From assembly GCF_009914755.1 (NCBI RefSeq), contig NC_060937.1: a stretch of DNA of 64,000 nt; one strand, 5' to 3'. The notes under the pieces are model-generated. The model saw only the letters and a program-made list of their open reading frames with translations, did not search any database and was not told where the DNA came from. This DNA comes from the human T2T-CHM13v2.0 reference genome, Homo sapiens. Positions 19,635 to 41,377 of the stretch are shown in pieces (within the stretch, counting starts at the first letter, position 1; the number at the start of each line of letters is the position of its first letter). The position numbers and the translations under genes are program-made.

Positions 19635-19739
<105 letters not shown>

Positions 19740-19825
19740 TCAAAAAAAAAAAAAAAAAAAAAAAAAAGAATGCAGACAGACTACCCCACTGGCAGGAAAG
19801 AAAAATGTTTCAGTGATATTTGTTA

Positions 19826-19972
<147 letters not shown>

Positions 19973-20159
19973 TTAGCCAGGCATGGTGGCGGGCACCTGT
20001 AGTCCCAGCTACTCGGGAGGCTGAGGCAGGAGAATCGCATGAACCTGGGAGGCGGAGGTTACAGTGAGCCGGATTGCGCCACTGCACTCCAGCCTGGGGC
20101 GACAGAGCAAGACTCTGTCAAAAAAAATAAAAATAAAAATAAATTTAAAAAAGCACATC

Positions 20160-20580
20160 AGGAAGACTTTACTCAGGACCCTCAGGACTACGGAGATCAG
20201 TACAGGAACTACTGTAGTGGGGTCCAACTACTGCAGTTGGAAAGATTGGGCTAAATTCTGAATACAGCACAGGCAAGCGGGAATTTAGAACCAAAGAGCA
20301 AGGCAGGAGTTAGTGAACGAAAAATCACTAAGAGGAAACATCGGGATGAGGGAGATTCTGTCTAGACCAACCTACCGGAATTCTTGCAGAAGACAGGCCA
20401 GGGTGACCAGACCCCTGGGGGAGGGTGAAGGATGAGGATCTTAAGTGCGGGAAATTCTTGCTAAATTGACTCAGCAAGGTTCTTTGCTAAAACTGGATCT
20501 TACGAGGAAGCACACAGATGGGCCTAAGAGGTGGTTTAGGAGCCTGACCAAAGTTTCACCAAGCAAAGAATCTTTCTCAA
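20160..20580 (-). mobile_element. ERV1-class LTR relic (MER31-like)
   Basis: AAGATTGGGCTAAATTCTGAATACAGCA...GATTCTGTCTAGACC...GGTTCTTTGCTAAAACTGGAT resembles MER31-family LTRs. Confidence 0.5.
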
Positions 20581-21238
20581 TTTTCATAATTTAAGACCAG
20601 TCAAACAAAAGTTACAAAATATATAAAGAAATAATCCGTCATGAGGAAGAGTCAATAGGAAAAAAGAGGGTGAGTTGGATGTCAGGCACTTGAATGATTA
20701 TATAGCATGCAAAATAATATTACTTAAAGTGCTTACACAAATAAAAGATGGAACAGTAAGAACAAAAAATAAAAGAGCATAAAAAGAATGAGGTACAGTA
20801 TCAAGACAAGACAACCTACAGAATGTAAGAAAATATTTGCAAATCATATATCTGGTAAGGGACTAATAGCTCTTTTTTTTTGAGATGGAGTTTCCATCTT
20901 GTTGTCCAACGCTGGAGTACAGTGACATGATCTCGGCTCACTGCAACCTCTGCCTCCCAAATTCAAGCAATTCTCCCTGCCTCAGCCTCCCAAGTTGCTG
21001 GGATCACAGGCATGCACCACCACACCCGGCTAATTTTGTATTTTTAGTAGAGACGGGGTTTCACCGGGTTGTCCAGGCTGGTCTCGAACTTCTGTCCTCT
21101 GGTGATTCACCCGCCTCGGCCTCCCAAAATGCTGGGATTACAGGCATGAGCCACTGCGCTTGGCCGTATCATTTTTTTTTTTTTTTAAGAGACAGGGTCT
21201 TGCTTAATATCGAGTATATAAAGAACTCTTACAACTCA

Positions 21239-21373
<135 letters not shown>

Positions 21374-21928
21374 CTAAAAAAGAAAAATAATAAAATAAAA
21401 AAATGGTCAGGTGACGTGGCTCATGCCTGTAATCCTAGAACTTTGGAAGGCCAAGTCAGGAGGATCACTTGAGGCCAGGAGTTTGGGACCAACCTGGGCA
21501 ACATAGCAAGACCTGCCCCCATCTCTATAAAAATGTACAAAATTAGCCAGGCATGCTGATACGCACCTGTAATCCAAGCTACTTGGGAAGCTGAGGCAGG
21601 AGAATCCCTTGAACAGAGGAGGCCGGTGGTTGCAGTGGGCTGAGATTGGGCCACTGCACTCCAGCCTGAGGAACAGAGCAAGACTCCGTATCAAAAAATA
21701 AAAAACAAAAAAGAAGAGAAAAACATTTGTTTTCAAAAGACAACCCTAAGGCTGGGCGCGGTGGATCACATCCGTAATCCCAGCACTTTGGGAGGTCCAG
21801 GCAGGCAGATCACCTGAGGTCAGGAGTTCAAGTTCGAGACCAGCCTGGCCAACATGGTGAAACCCCGTCTCTATTAAAAATACAAAAAATTAGCTGGGCG
21901 TGGTGGCACACGCCTGTAATCCCAGCTA

Positions 21929-22108
<180 letters not shown>

Positions 22109-22132
22109 CTACAAAACATTGCTGAAAGATAA

Positions 22133-22327
<195 letters not shown>

Positions 22328-22505
22328 TAGAGACAAGTTTCGCCATGTTGCCCAGGTGGGTCTTGAACTCCTGGACTCAGGCAATCTGCACCTTGGCCTC
22401 CCAAAGTGCTGGGGGAAAAAAAGTGAGACCTGGCCCCCAATCTCTACAAAAACTAGAAAAAAATTAGCCGGGCATGGTGGCATGCGCCTGAAGTCCCAGT
22501 ACTCA

Positions 22506-23790
<1,285 letters not shown>

Positions 23791-24275
23791 TTGAAGTGGA
23801 TGTAACAGTTCACACCTGTAATCCCAGGTACTCAAGAGGCTGAAGTGGGAGAATTGCTTGAGCCTGGGAGGTCAAGGCTGCAGTGAGCTATGATGGCACC
23901 ACTGCACTCCAGCTGGTGCAACAGAGTGAGACCCTGTCTCTTACACAATAAATAAAATTTGGTTGGGCGCAGTGGCTCATACCTGTAATCCCAGCACTTT
24001 GGGAGTCCAAGGTGGGCAGATCACTTGAGGTCAGAAGTTTGAGACCAGTCTGGCCAACATGGTGAAACCTCGTCTCTACTAAAAATACAAAAATTAGCTC
24101 GGCGTGGTGGCACATGCCTGTAAACCCAGCTACTCTGGAGGCTGAGGCAGGAGAATTGCAACACGGGAGGCGTGTCGGTGCACTCCAGCCTGGGTGACAG
24201 AGGGAGACTCCCTCTCCAAAAAAATTAAAATTAATTAATAAAATTACATAGGATTATTTTTGCTTACTTTGCTAA

Positions 24276-24539
<264 letters not shown>

Positions 24540-25181
24540 TGATCTGCCCGCCTCAGCCTCCCAAAGTGCTGGGATTACAGGCGTGAGCCACCACGCCCAG
24601 CCCATCTTAACTATTTTTAAGCGTACAATTCAGTGGCAACAAGTACATTCACACTGTTGTGCAACTATTACCACCATCCATCTCCAGAACTTTTTAATTC
24701 AACCCAAACTGAAACTCTACCCACTAAACAAAAACTTCACAATACCGCCTCCCTCCAGCCCCTGGTAACCACTATTTTACTTTCTGTCTAGGCATTTGAC
24801 TATTTGAGATACCTCATATAAGTGGAATTATATAATTGTCCTTTTGTGTGTCTTAATACAGTTACCATATTTTCAAGGTGCATCCGTGTTGTAGCATGTA
24901 CCTTATTTTTGTTTTTGTTTTTGTTTTTGAGACAGCATCTCACCCTGTCACCCAGGCTGGAGTGCAGTGGTGTGATAATGGCTCACTGTAGTTTTGACCT
25001 CCTGCGCTCAAGCCATCCTCCCAGTTTAGCCTCCTAAGTAGTTTTGGATTACAGGCATGAACCACTGTACCTAGCTCCATGTAATTTTAGTAAAAATACC
25101 TTTTAAATTTGTTTGCCTGATTTCTATTGAAAATCACACAACTAAGACTAATTTCAAAGACAAAACTGCATTTTACATATT

Positions 25182-25530
25182 TGCTATGGTTTGAATGAGG
25201 ATCCTCCAAAATTTAGGTATTGCCAATGTGATAGTATTAAGAGGTGGGCCTTTAAAAAGGGGCAGGAGGGTTCCTTCCTCATTGATGGGATTAGGTTCCC
25301 TTATAAAGGGGCTTGACAGCGAAGTTGGTCCTCTCTTGCCCTTCTGCCTTGTGCATATGAAGACAGAGTGTTCCTCCTCCCCACAGCATGCAGCCTTCAC
25401 TGGACACTAAATGTCAGGGCCTTGATCTTGGACTTCTCAGTCTTAAGAAATCTGAGAACTAGATTTCTGCTCATTATAAATTATCCAGTCTCAGTTATTA
25501 TGTTATAGCAGCACAAAATGGATTAAGACA
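25182..25530. mobile_element. MaLR solo LTR (MST-type)
   Basis: TGCTATGGTTTGAATG...TGTTATAGCAGCACAAAATGGATTAAGACA with TG/CA ends and perfect 5-bp TSD ATATT (25177-25181, 25531-25535). Confidence 0.85.
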
Positions 25531-25698
25531 ATATTATTACTAATTAATCTTTAATAGACTGGGCACAGTGGCTCTCGTCTATAATACCAACACTTTGGGA
25601 GGTCAAGGCAGGTGAATCACTTGAGGTCAAGAGAATCACTTAAACCCGGGAGGAAGAGGTTGCAGTGAGCCAGGATTGAGCCACTACACTCCAGCCTA

Positions 25699-26082
<384 letters not shown>

Positions 26083-26189
26083 TCATTTGTATATTTGCAG
26101 ATTATTTGTAGAGACATGTGAAATACACCAAACACTATTGTCATATAGCACCAAACTGAAATAATTCAACATGAGGCCTATTTTGTTAG

Positions 26190-26658
<469 letters not shown>

Positions 26659-26673
26659 TGATCCACCCACCTC

Positions 26674-26763
26674 GGCCTCCCAAAGTGCTAGGATTACAGA
26701 TGTGTGGCCTCCCAAAGTGCTAGGATTACAGATGTGCGGCCTCCCAAAGTGCTAGGATTACAG
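26674..26763. repeat. 32-bp tandem triplication inside an Alu
   Basis: GGCCTCCCAAAGTGCTAGGATTACAGATGTG(T/C) starting at 26674, 26706 and 26738 (third copy partial). Confidence 0.9.
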
Positions 26764-26769
26764 GCGTGA

Positions 26770-27003
<234 letters not shown>

Positions 27004-27249
27004 TGAGAGGCTGAGGCAGGCAGATCGCTTAAGCCCAGGAGTTCGAGACCAGCCTGAGCAACATAGCAAAACCCCATCTCCGCCAAAAAAAAATACAAAA
27101 ATTAGCCAAGCATGATGGACACCTGTAGTCCTAGCTACTCAGGAGGCTGAGGTCAGAGATTGCTTGACCCTGAGAGGCGGAGGTTGCAGTGAGCTGAGAT
27201 TGCACCACTGCACTCAAGCCTGGGTGACAGAACTAGACAATGTTTAAAA

Positions 27250-27258
<9 letters not shown>

Positions 27259-27307
<49 letters not shown>

Positions 27308-27320
27308 ATATATATATATA
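27259..27320. repeat. (TA)n/(TG)n microsatellite at an Alu tail
   Basis: Long TATATA run followed by TGTGTG and TATA. Confidence 0.9.
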
Positions 27321-28069
27321 CATGTACATATAAATATTTGAAAAATGCTTATTCTACTTGTTAGAAGAAACAAACTAGGATAAAACCAAAACCACCTGTA
27401 ATTTCACTATCAAGGGGTAACTGCTATTTAATAATTTTGATAATGATTGACAAACTGCCTTCCACAGAGCGTGTACAATTTAATTCCTACTAGCAATAGT
27501 TTCAGAGTGCTCATTTCAGTATGTTAACCATTTTCATCCTTTGACCATCTGATAAGTGACAAATTTGTCATCACTTTACAAATGAGGAAAATGAAGCCTA
27601 TTATGGCCATGGTCAAATAGAGGTAATTGGAAAGCAGAGTGGAATTCAGGTCTTCTGACTCCAAGGACTGTACTCCTTTCACTATACCTCCCACAAAGTA
27701 AAACCAGAGTTTGTTTTTGTTCTTGGTTTTGAGACGGAGTCTCGCTCTGTTGCCAGGTCGGAGTACAGTGGCATGATCTCAGCTCACTGCTACCTCCACC
27801 TCCCGGTTGAAGAGATTCTCCTGCCTCAGCCTCCCGAGTAGCTGGGACTACAGCCGTGTGCCACCACGCCCGGCTAATTTTTTGTATTTTTAGTAGAGAC
27901 GGAGTTACCCCATGTTGGCCACGATGGTCTCGATCTCTTGTCCTCGTGATTCGCCCACCTCGGCCTCCCAAAGTACTGGGATTACAGGCCTGAGCCACTG
28001 TATCCAGCAAAAGCAGGGTTTTTAAAGCCAGTCCATGCATAATACCTCCCCACCATTTGTTTGTTTTGA

Positions 28070-28460
<391 letters not shown>

Positions 28461-28558
28461 TGATCCACCTGCCTCGGCCTCCCAAAGTGCTGGGATTACA
28501 GGCGTGAGCCACTGTGTCTGGCCCCAGTTTTGTTTTTTTAAACAGCAACTTTTAATGA

Positions 28559-28821
<263 letters not shown>

Positions 28822-29385
28822 TAGTAGAGATGGGGTTTCACTGTGTTAGCCAGGATGGTCTCGATCTCCTGACCTCGTGATCCACCCGCCTCGGCCTCCC
28901 AAAGTGCTGGGATTACAGGCTTGAGCCACCGCGCCCGGCCAAAATTTTTTAATTATTATGTAATCAAATCTATCAATCTTTTCCTTTATGATGTGATGAG
29001 GAAGTACACAGCACACATCATTTCTTACTCCTGTGCCATGATTAAGTCATTGTTAAAATTCAGTTAGGTTTATCTTTTTTAAAGATAAAAATAAAACCGG
29101 GCATGGTGGCTCATGCCTGTAATCCCAGCACTTTGGGAGGCCCAGGTGGGCAGATCACCTAAGGTCAGGAGTTCGAGACCAGCCTGGCCAATATGGTGAA
29201 ACCCCATCTCTACTAAAAATACAAAAATTAGCCAGGCACACGCCCGAAATTCCAGGTTCTCGGGAGGCTGAGGCAGGAGAAGTGCTTGAACCCGGGAGGC
29301 AAAAGATGCACAAAGCTGAGGTCGCACCACTGCACTCCAGCCTGGGTGACAGAGCGAGACTCCATCTCAACAACAACAAAAGTAA

Positions 29386-29586
<201 letters not shown>

Positions 29587-29696
29587 TGAGACAGGGTCTC
29601 ACTCTGTCACCGAGGTCGGAGTACAGTGGTGCAATCTCAGCTCACTGCAACCTCCACCTCTTGAGTTCAAGCAATTCTCCTGCTTCAGCCTCCTGA

Positions 29697-30023
<327 letters not shown>

Positions 30024-30132
30024 TGAGCCACCGTGCCTGGCCTGTGAGAATCTCTTGAACCCAGGAGGTGGAGGTTGCAGTGAGCCGAGAATGTGCCACT
30101 GCACTCCAGCCTGGGCGATGGAGCCAGACTCT

Positions 30133-30316
30133 GAGAGAGAAAAGAGAGAAGAGAGAGAGGAGAGAGAGGAGAGAGAGGAGAGAGAGAGAGAGAAGAGAGA
30201 AAAGAAAAAAGAAAAGAAAAGAAAAGGGAAAGGAAAGGAAAGGAAAGAAAGAAAGGAGGGAGGGAGGAAAAGAGGGAGGGAGGGAAAGATAAGAAAAGAA
30301 ATGAAGGAAGGAAGGG
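30133..30316 (+). repeat. GA-rich low-complexity tract (expanded Alu tail)
   Basis: Nearly pure purine: (GAGAGAGGA)n, (GAAAA)n, (GGAAA)n, (GGGA)n. Confidence 0.9.
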
Positions 30317-30571
30317 ATTCAATGATAAATGGGTGTCACCTTGCATCTTTTTTGTAAAAAACAATCACATTTTCCAAAACAAAATTTAGTAAACCATATT
30401 TAACTGTTTTACATTTTGCAAATTCTTTTAAATGCCTGGCCTACTAGAAAACTACTGGATTGTCATACCTGCTTGTGTTCAAACTGCAGCAAAATGTTAT
30501 GGGTGAACTATATGAAGAAAATCTAGCCTTATACATATGTGGATACATACATATATACTTCTTTTTTTTGA

Positions 30572-31246
<675 letters not shown>

Positions 31247-31307
31247 TCACCTGAGGTCAGGAATTTGAGACCAGCCTGATCAACATGGAGAAACTCTGTC
31301 TCTACTA

Positions 31308-31466
<159 letters not shown>

Positions 31467-31540
31467 TCAAAAAAAAAAAAAACAGTTTATATTGGTTCAC
31501 TGAGTGATGTGGATCTTCCAAAATGTTGACACTGCATTAT

Positions 31541-32137
<597 letters not shown>

Positions 32138-32140
32138 TCA

Positions 32141-32320
<180 letters not shown>

Positions 32321-32974
32321 TCACATGTTAATATCACCATTGATCTCATCAGAATTTTTTTTTAGTTTTTAGTACAGCATAATTTTTTTTTAAATTTAGA
32401 CATAGGGTCTTGCTCTGTCCCCCAGGATGGAGTGCAGTGGCACTATCATAGCTCACTGCAGCCTCCAATACCATGGATCAAGTGATCCTTCCACCTCAGC
32501 CTCTTGTCTCAGCGTTGCCTATAGCTGAAACTACAGGCGCACAGCACTGTGCTCAGCTTATTTTGTTATTTTTTGTAGAGATGGGGTCTCACTTTGTTGC
32601 CTAGGCTGGACTTGAACTCTTGGTCTCAAGCCATCCTCTCACATTGGCCTCTTAAAGTGCTAGGATTATAGGCGTAAGCCACCGTGCCCAGCCCAGAAAA
32701 TTCTTGAAATATTGGAAAACTGTCAAGCTCAAAGTAGCAAACACAAGTTTTCCAAAATTCCAATTTTTGCTTGAAAGTTAAAATTTTTATAATTGGCAAC
32801 AAATACTGTCAATAGTTTTTCTTGAAGTGACAAGATTCTCCTGGTTAAAGAATGTATCTACCAAACACCCAATTCTATTTAACCATAGTTTGTCTGTCAG
32901 CCACTCTTTCAAGTAAAAATGGTGTTTCATGAAGAAAGCAGTTAGTTCAGCTTGCAATTCAAATAATTACGTAA

Positions 32975-33175
<201 letters not shown>

Positions 33176-33377
33176 TAGAGACGGGGTTTCACCATGTTGG
33201 CTAGGCTAGTCTTGAACTCCTGATCTCAAGTGATCTGCCTGCCTCAGCCTCCCAAAGTGCTGAGATTACAGGCGTGAGCCACTGCGCCCGACTGACAACT
33301 ATCTACTTTGGTATGCAGCAAAAATGCTTCATATCTACTTCTCATTTCATTACACTATACATATACATATATATATA

Positions 33378-33407
33378 CACACACACACACACGTGTGTGT
33401 GTGTGTG
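33378..33407. repeat. Perfect 30-bp (CA)n/(TG)n palindrome
   Basis: CACACACACACACAC followed directly by GTGTGTGTGTGTGTG, preceded by a (TA)-rich tract. Confidence 0.9.
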
Positions 33408-34596
33408 CATACTCAATGTTACAAAGTTGTAACATTGGAAATTACCAAGTTTTATTATTACTATTTTTTTTTGAGGCGGAGTTTCACTCTTGTTGCCCAG
33501 GCTGGAGTCCAGTGGCATGATCTCAGCTCACCGCAGCCTCTGCCTTCCGGGTTCAAGTGATTCTCCTGCTTCAGCCTCCCTGAGTAGCTGGGACTACAGG
33601 CATGCGCCACCATGCCTGGTTAATTTTGTACTTTTAGTAGAGACGGGGTTTCTCCATGTTGGTCAGGCTGGTCTCGAGCTCCTGACCTCAGGTGATCCAC
33701 CCATCTTGGCCTGCCAAAGTGCTGGGATTACAGGCGTGAGCCACCACACCCAGCCTTGTTTTTTTTTTTTTGAGACGGAGTCTCACTCTGTCGCCCAGGC
33801 TGGAGTGCAGTGGCGCAATCTTGGCTCGCCGCAACCTCCACCTCCCAGGTTCAAGTGGTGATTCTCCTGCCTCAGCCTCCTGAGTAGATAGGACTACAGG
33901 CAGGCACCACCACACCTGGCTAATTTTTGTATTTTTAGTAGACATGGGGTTTCACCATGTTGGCCAGGATGGTCTCAATCTCCTGACCTCATGATCCACC
34001 CACCTCAGCCTCCCAAAGTGCTAGGATTACAGGTGTGAGCCACCACGCCTGGCCCAAGTTTTATTATTTCATCACAGGACTCTCTTAATTCAAACTAAAA
34101 ACTGTGATCATGTGTTGGTGAAGAATACAATGGAGACTTGCATTCACTTCTTTGATTCTTGATTAATACCAAGGAACTGGCAGTTTCAATTTCTTTTCTT
34201 TTTTTTTTTTTTTGAGACAAGGTCTTTCTCTGTTCATCAGGCTAGAGTACAATGGCACGTTCTCAGCTCACTGCAGCCTCTGCTTCCAGGTTCAAGCAAT
34301 TCTCCTGCGTCAGCTTCCCGAGTAGCTGGGATTACAGGCACGCGCCACCAAGCCCAGCTAATTTTTGCATTTTTAGTAGAGATGGGGTTTCACCATATTG
34401 GCCAGGCTAGGCTCAAACTCCTGACCTCAGGTGATCCGCCCGCCCTCAGCCTCCCAAAAGGCTGGGATTACAGGCTGAGCCACCATGCTCAGCCTCCTTA
34501 ATTTCTTTTGTACCTGTCAGAGCAGATGTCAACCACTGAAAAGGCAAATTCCATCCCGATTTTGTGAAAGTTGATCATACTAATTGAGACATTCTT

Positions 34597-35321
<725 letters not shown>

Positions 35322-36017
35322 GTACGATTATAAAATTACTTTTGATTTTGAAGACCTCCTGGAAATGTTCTGTGAACCCACGGGGTCATGTGAGTCACAC
35401 TCTCAGAAGCACTGCTCTAGGGCTCTACCCTGTTATTGGGGTATGACACTTCTGGGATCTCTACTGGATGCTTTGGTTACTTATAGAGTCTCTCCACTGC
35501 TGGCTAATGTGAGCTCTGGGAACTTTTCAGTTTACAACTAGAATAGCTTGCAGGGTTTTTGTTTTTTTGTTCGTTTTTTTTCCTGGTATTACTGAATTTC
35601 ACCCTACAGTTTTATAGCTTAGTATTCAGCCTCTTAAAAGAAAAACTTCAGGCAAATTAAACTTAACAGACTTTATTTGAGCAAAGAACAATTCATAAAT
35701 TGGGCAGCACTCCAAAGCAGAAGAGGTTCAGAGAGCTCCCCTCTGCAACATGGGTAGTGAGTATAGACAGAAAATAGAAGTAAACTACAGAAGTAACCTA
35801 AGGGTTTGCCTTATATGGACATGGTCTCATCAGTTGGCTGCCTGTGATTGACTGAAGCTTGGCTGCTTATGATTGGCTGAAACGTGATTATCTGTTACAA
35901 AATATATACTCCTAAATTAGGTTTAAATTCCTTTATGGACTAAGTTAGGTCACAGTTCAATATGTAGGAATTTGAAGTATGGAGACAGCAGCAGGCCAGT
36001 GGCCTCTTGCTTATTTA

Positions 36018-36446
<429 letters not shown>

Positions 36447-36662
36447 TCAGTCTCAAAACAAACAAACAAACAAATAACAACACAAAAATTAGCCAGGCGT
36501 GGTGGTACACGCCTGTAAGCCCAGCTACTCAGGAGGCTGAGGCAAGAAAATCGCTTGAACCCAGGAAGCAGAGGTTACAGCGAGCGGAGATCCTGCCACT
36601 GCACTCCAGCCTTGGCAACAGAGTGAAACTCTATCTCAAAAAAAAAAAAAAAAAATTAATAA

Positions 36663-37354
<692 letters not shown>

Positions 37355-37380
37355 TAGCCAGGATGGTTTCGATCTCCTAA

Positions 37381-37674
<294 letters not shown>

Positions 37675-38566
37675 TGATCTCGAACTCCTGACCTTGTGAT
37701 CCGCCCGCCTCGGCTTCCTGAAGTGCTGGGATTACAGGCATGAGTCACCACGCCCGGCTATTATTTTTGTATTTTTACTAGAGACGGGGTTTCATCATGT
37801 TGGTCAGGCTGGTCTCAAACTTCTGACCTCAGGTAATCCACCCACCTCGGCCTCCCAAAGTGCTGGGATTACAGGTGTGAGTCACCGCAGCCAGCCCCAG
37901 TTTTCTACTTGTTTATAGGGGGAGGAAAGCCCAATACCAGTTACTCTGACATAGCTGGTACATGTGTCTATTTTTTTTGTGTGTGTTTTAATTTTTATCC
38001 CAATCTTATGAAAATTTCAAACATTCAAAAAAGCTATATCAGAGATAAAGCCAGATACTAAAGAGGTAAGGGCAGATTTTAATCAGTAACATACTATTGC
38101 AATATGCAAAAGAGTCCAGTGAAAATTGAACTCAACTTCAATGTGGGCCTGGTGCAGTGGCTCACGCCTGTAATCCCAATACTTTTGGAGGCTGATGCGG
38201 GAAGATCACTTGAGACCAGGAATTCAACACCAGCCTGAGCAACATAAGGAAGTCCCATTGCTACAAAAAAAAAATTGCTGGGCATGTAGTAGTAGTCTCA
38301 GATACACAGGGAACTGAGAGATGGGAAGGAACCCTTGAGCCCAGGAGTTCAGGCTGCAGTGAGTTATAATCACACCACTGCACTCCAGCCTGGGTGACAG
38401 AGCAAGACTCTGTCTCAGAACAGATAAACAGTCCGGCTGCGGTGGCTCACGCCTGTAATCCCAGCACTCTAGGAGGCTGAGGCGGGCAGATCACCTGAGG
38501 TCAGGAGTTCGAGACCAGCCTGGCCAACATGGCAAAACCCCGTCTCCACTAAAAATGCAAAAATTA

Positions 38567-38932
<366 letters not shown>

Positions 38933-39672
38933 TCACTTGAACCCGGGAGGCAGAGGTTGCAGGGAGCCAAGATCATGCCACTGAACTCTAGCCTGGGCAA
39001 CAGTGGAGACTCAGTCTCAAAAATAGCCAGGCGCGGTGGCTCACCCCTGTAATCCCAGCACTTTGGGAGGCCGAGGCGAGTGAATCACAAGGTCAGGAGT
39101 TCGAGACTAGCCTGGCCAACATGGTGAAACCCCGTCTCTACTAAAAATAAAAAAAATTAGGTGGGCGTGGTGGCGCGTGGCTATAATCCCAGCTACTTGG
39201 GAGGCTGAGACAGGAGAATTGTTTGAACCCAGGAGGCAGAGGTTGCAGTGAGCGAGATTGCACCACTGCACTCTAGCCTGGGAGCCCGGGTGACAGTGCA
39301 AGACTCCATCTCAAAAAAAATAAATAAATAAAATAAAAATAAACAAATGAAAACTTCGATGGGAATTAACTGGTTGTTTTAAAGGGAGAATGAGGGAGTA
39401 AGGAGGGGGTGAGCAGGGGCTCATTAGAGTCAGGGAAGTAAAAAACTCCAAAAAGTGGAAACTGGGGGAGTTGGTCCATGTGAAACCCAGTTGGGTTTGC
39501 CAACTGGTGCTTATTAAAATTAGGCTCCTACCCTCTTTCCCACAGAGGCTGGAAGATGGGGGTCCTAAGCCTGAGGTGTTTGCTGGAACAAACAGTAAAT
39601 TCTTTAGGTGATCTTGAGTTTTCTCAGGCAAGCGTCTAGGGGTCATCCTATGGATGTGACCTTGAGCTGTTA

Positions 39673-39963
<291 letters not shown>

Positions 39964-39982
39964 TCAAAAAATAAATAATTTA

Positions 39983-40234
<252 letters not shown>

Positions 40235-40743
40235 TCACTGGAGCCCTGGAGTTCAAAGCCAAACTGGGCAATATAGCAAGACCCCATCTCTACCAAAATA
40301 AAACAAAAAATTAGCCAGGCGTGGTGGTGCTCATCTGTAGTCCTAGCTACTCAGGAGGCTGAGGTGGGAGGATTGCTACAGCTCAGGAAGTTGAGGCTAC
40401 AGTGAGCCATAATCATGCTACTGCACTCCAGCCTGGGTGACAGAGCAAGACCCTGTCTCTAAGAAAATAATAAAAATTAAAAAAAAATTAGAGTCAACAT
40501 CCTTATAACCACTACTTACATCTACCATTAACATATTTCTTTTTTTATTTTATTTTATTTTTTTTTGAGACCTCGACTCACTGCAACCTCCGCTTCCTGG
40601 GTTCAAGCGATTCTCTTGCCTCAGCCTCCTGAGTAGCTGGGATTACAGGCATGCGCCACCATGCCAAGCTAATTTTTGTATTTTTAGTAGAGACGAGGTT
40701 TCACCATATTGGTCAGGCTGGTCTCAAACTCCTGACCTTGTGA

Positions 40744-41347
<604 letters not shown>

Positions 41348-41377
41348 TAAATTGTTTATAATACCTTCTCAAGTCTC

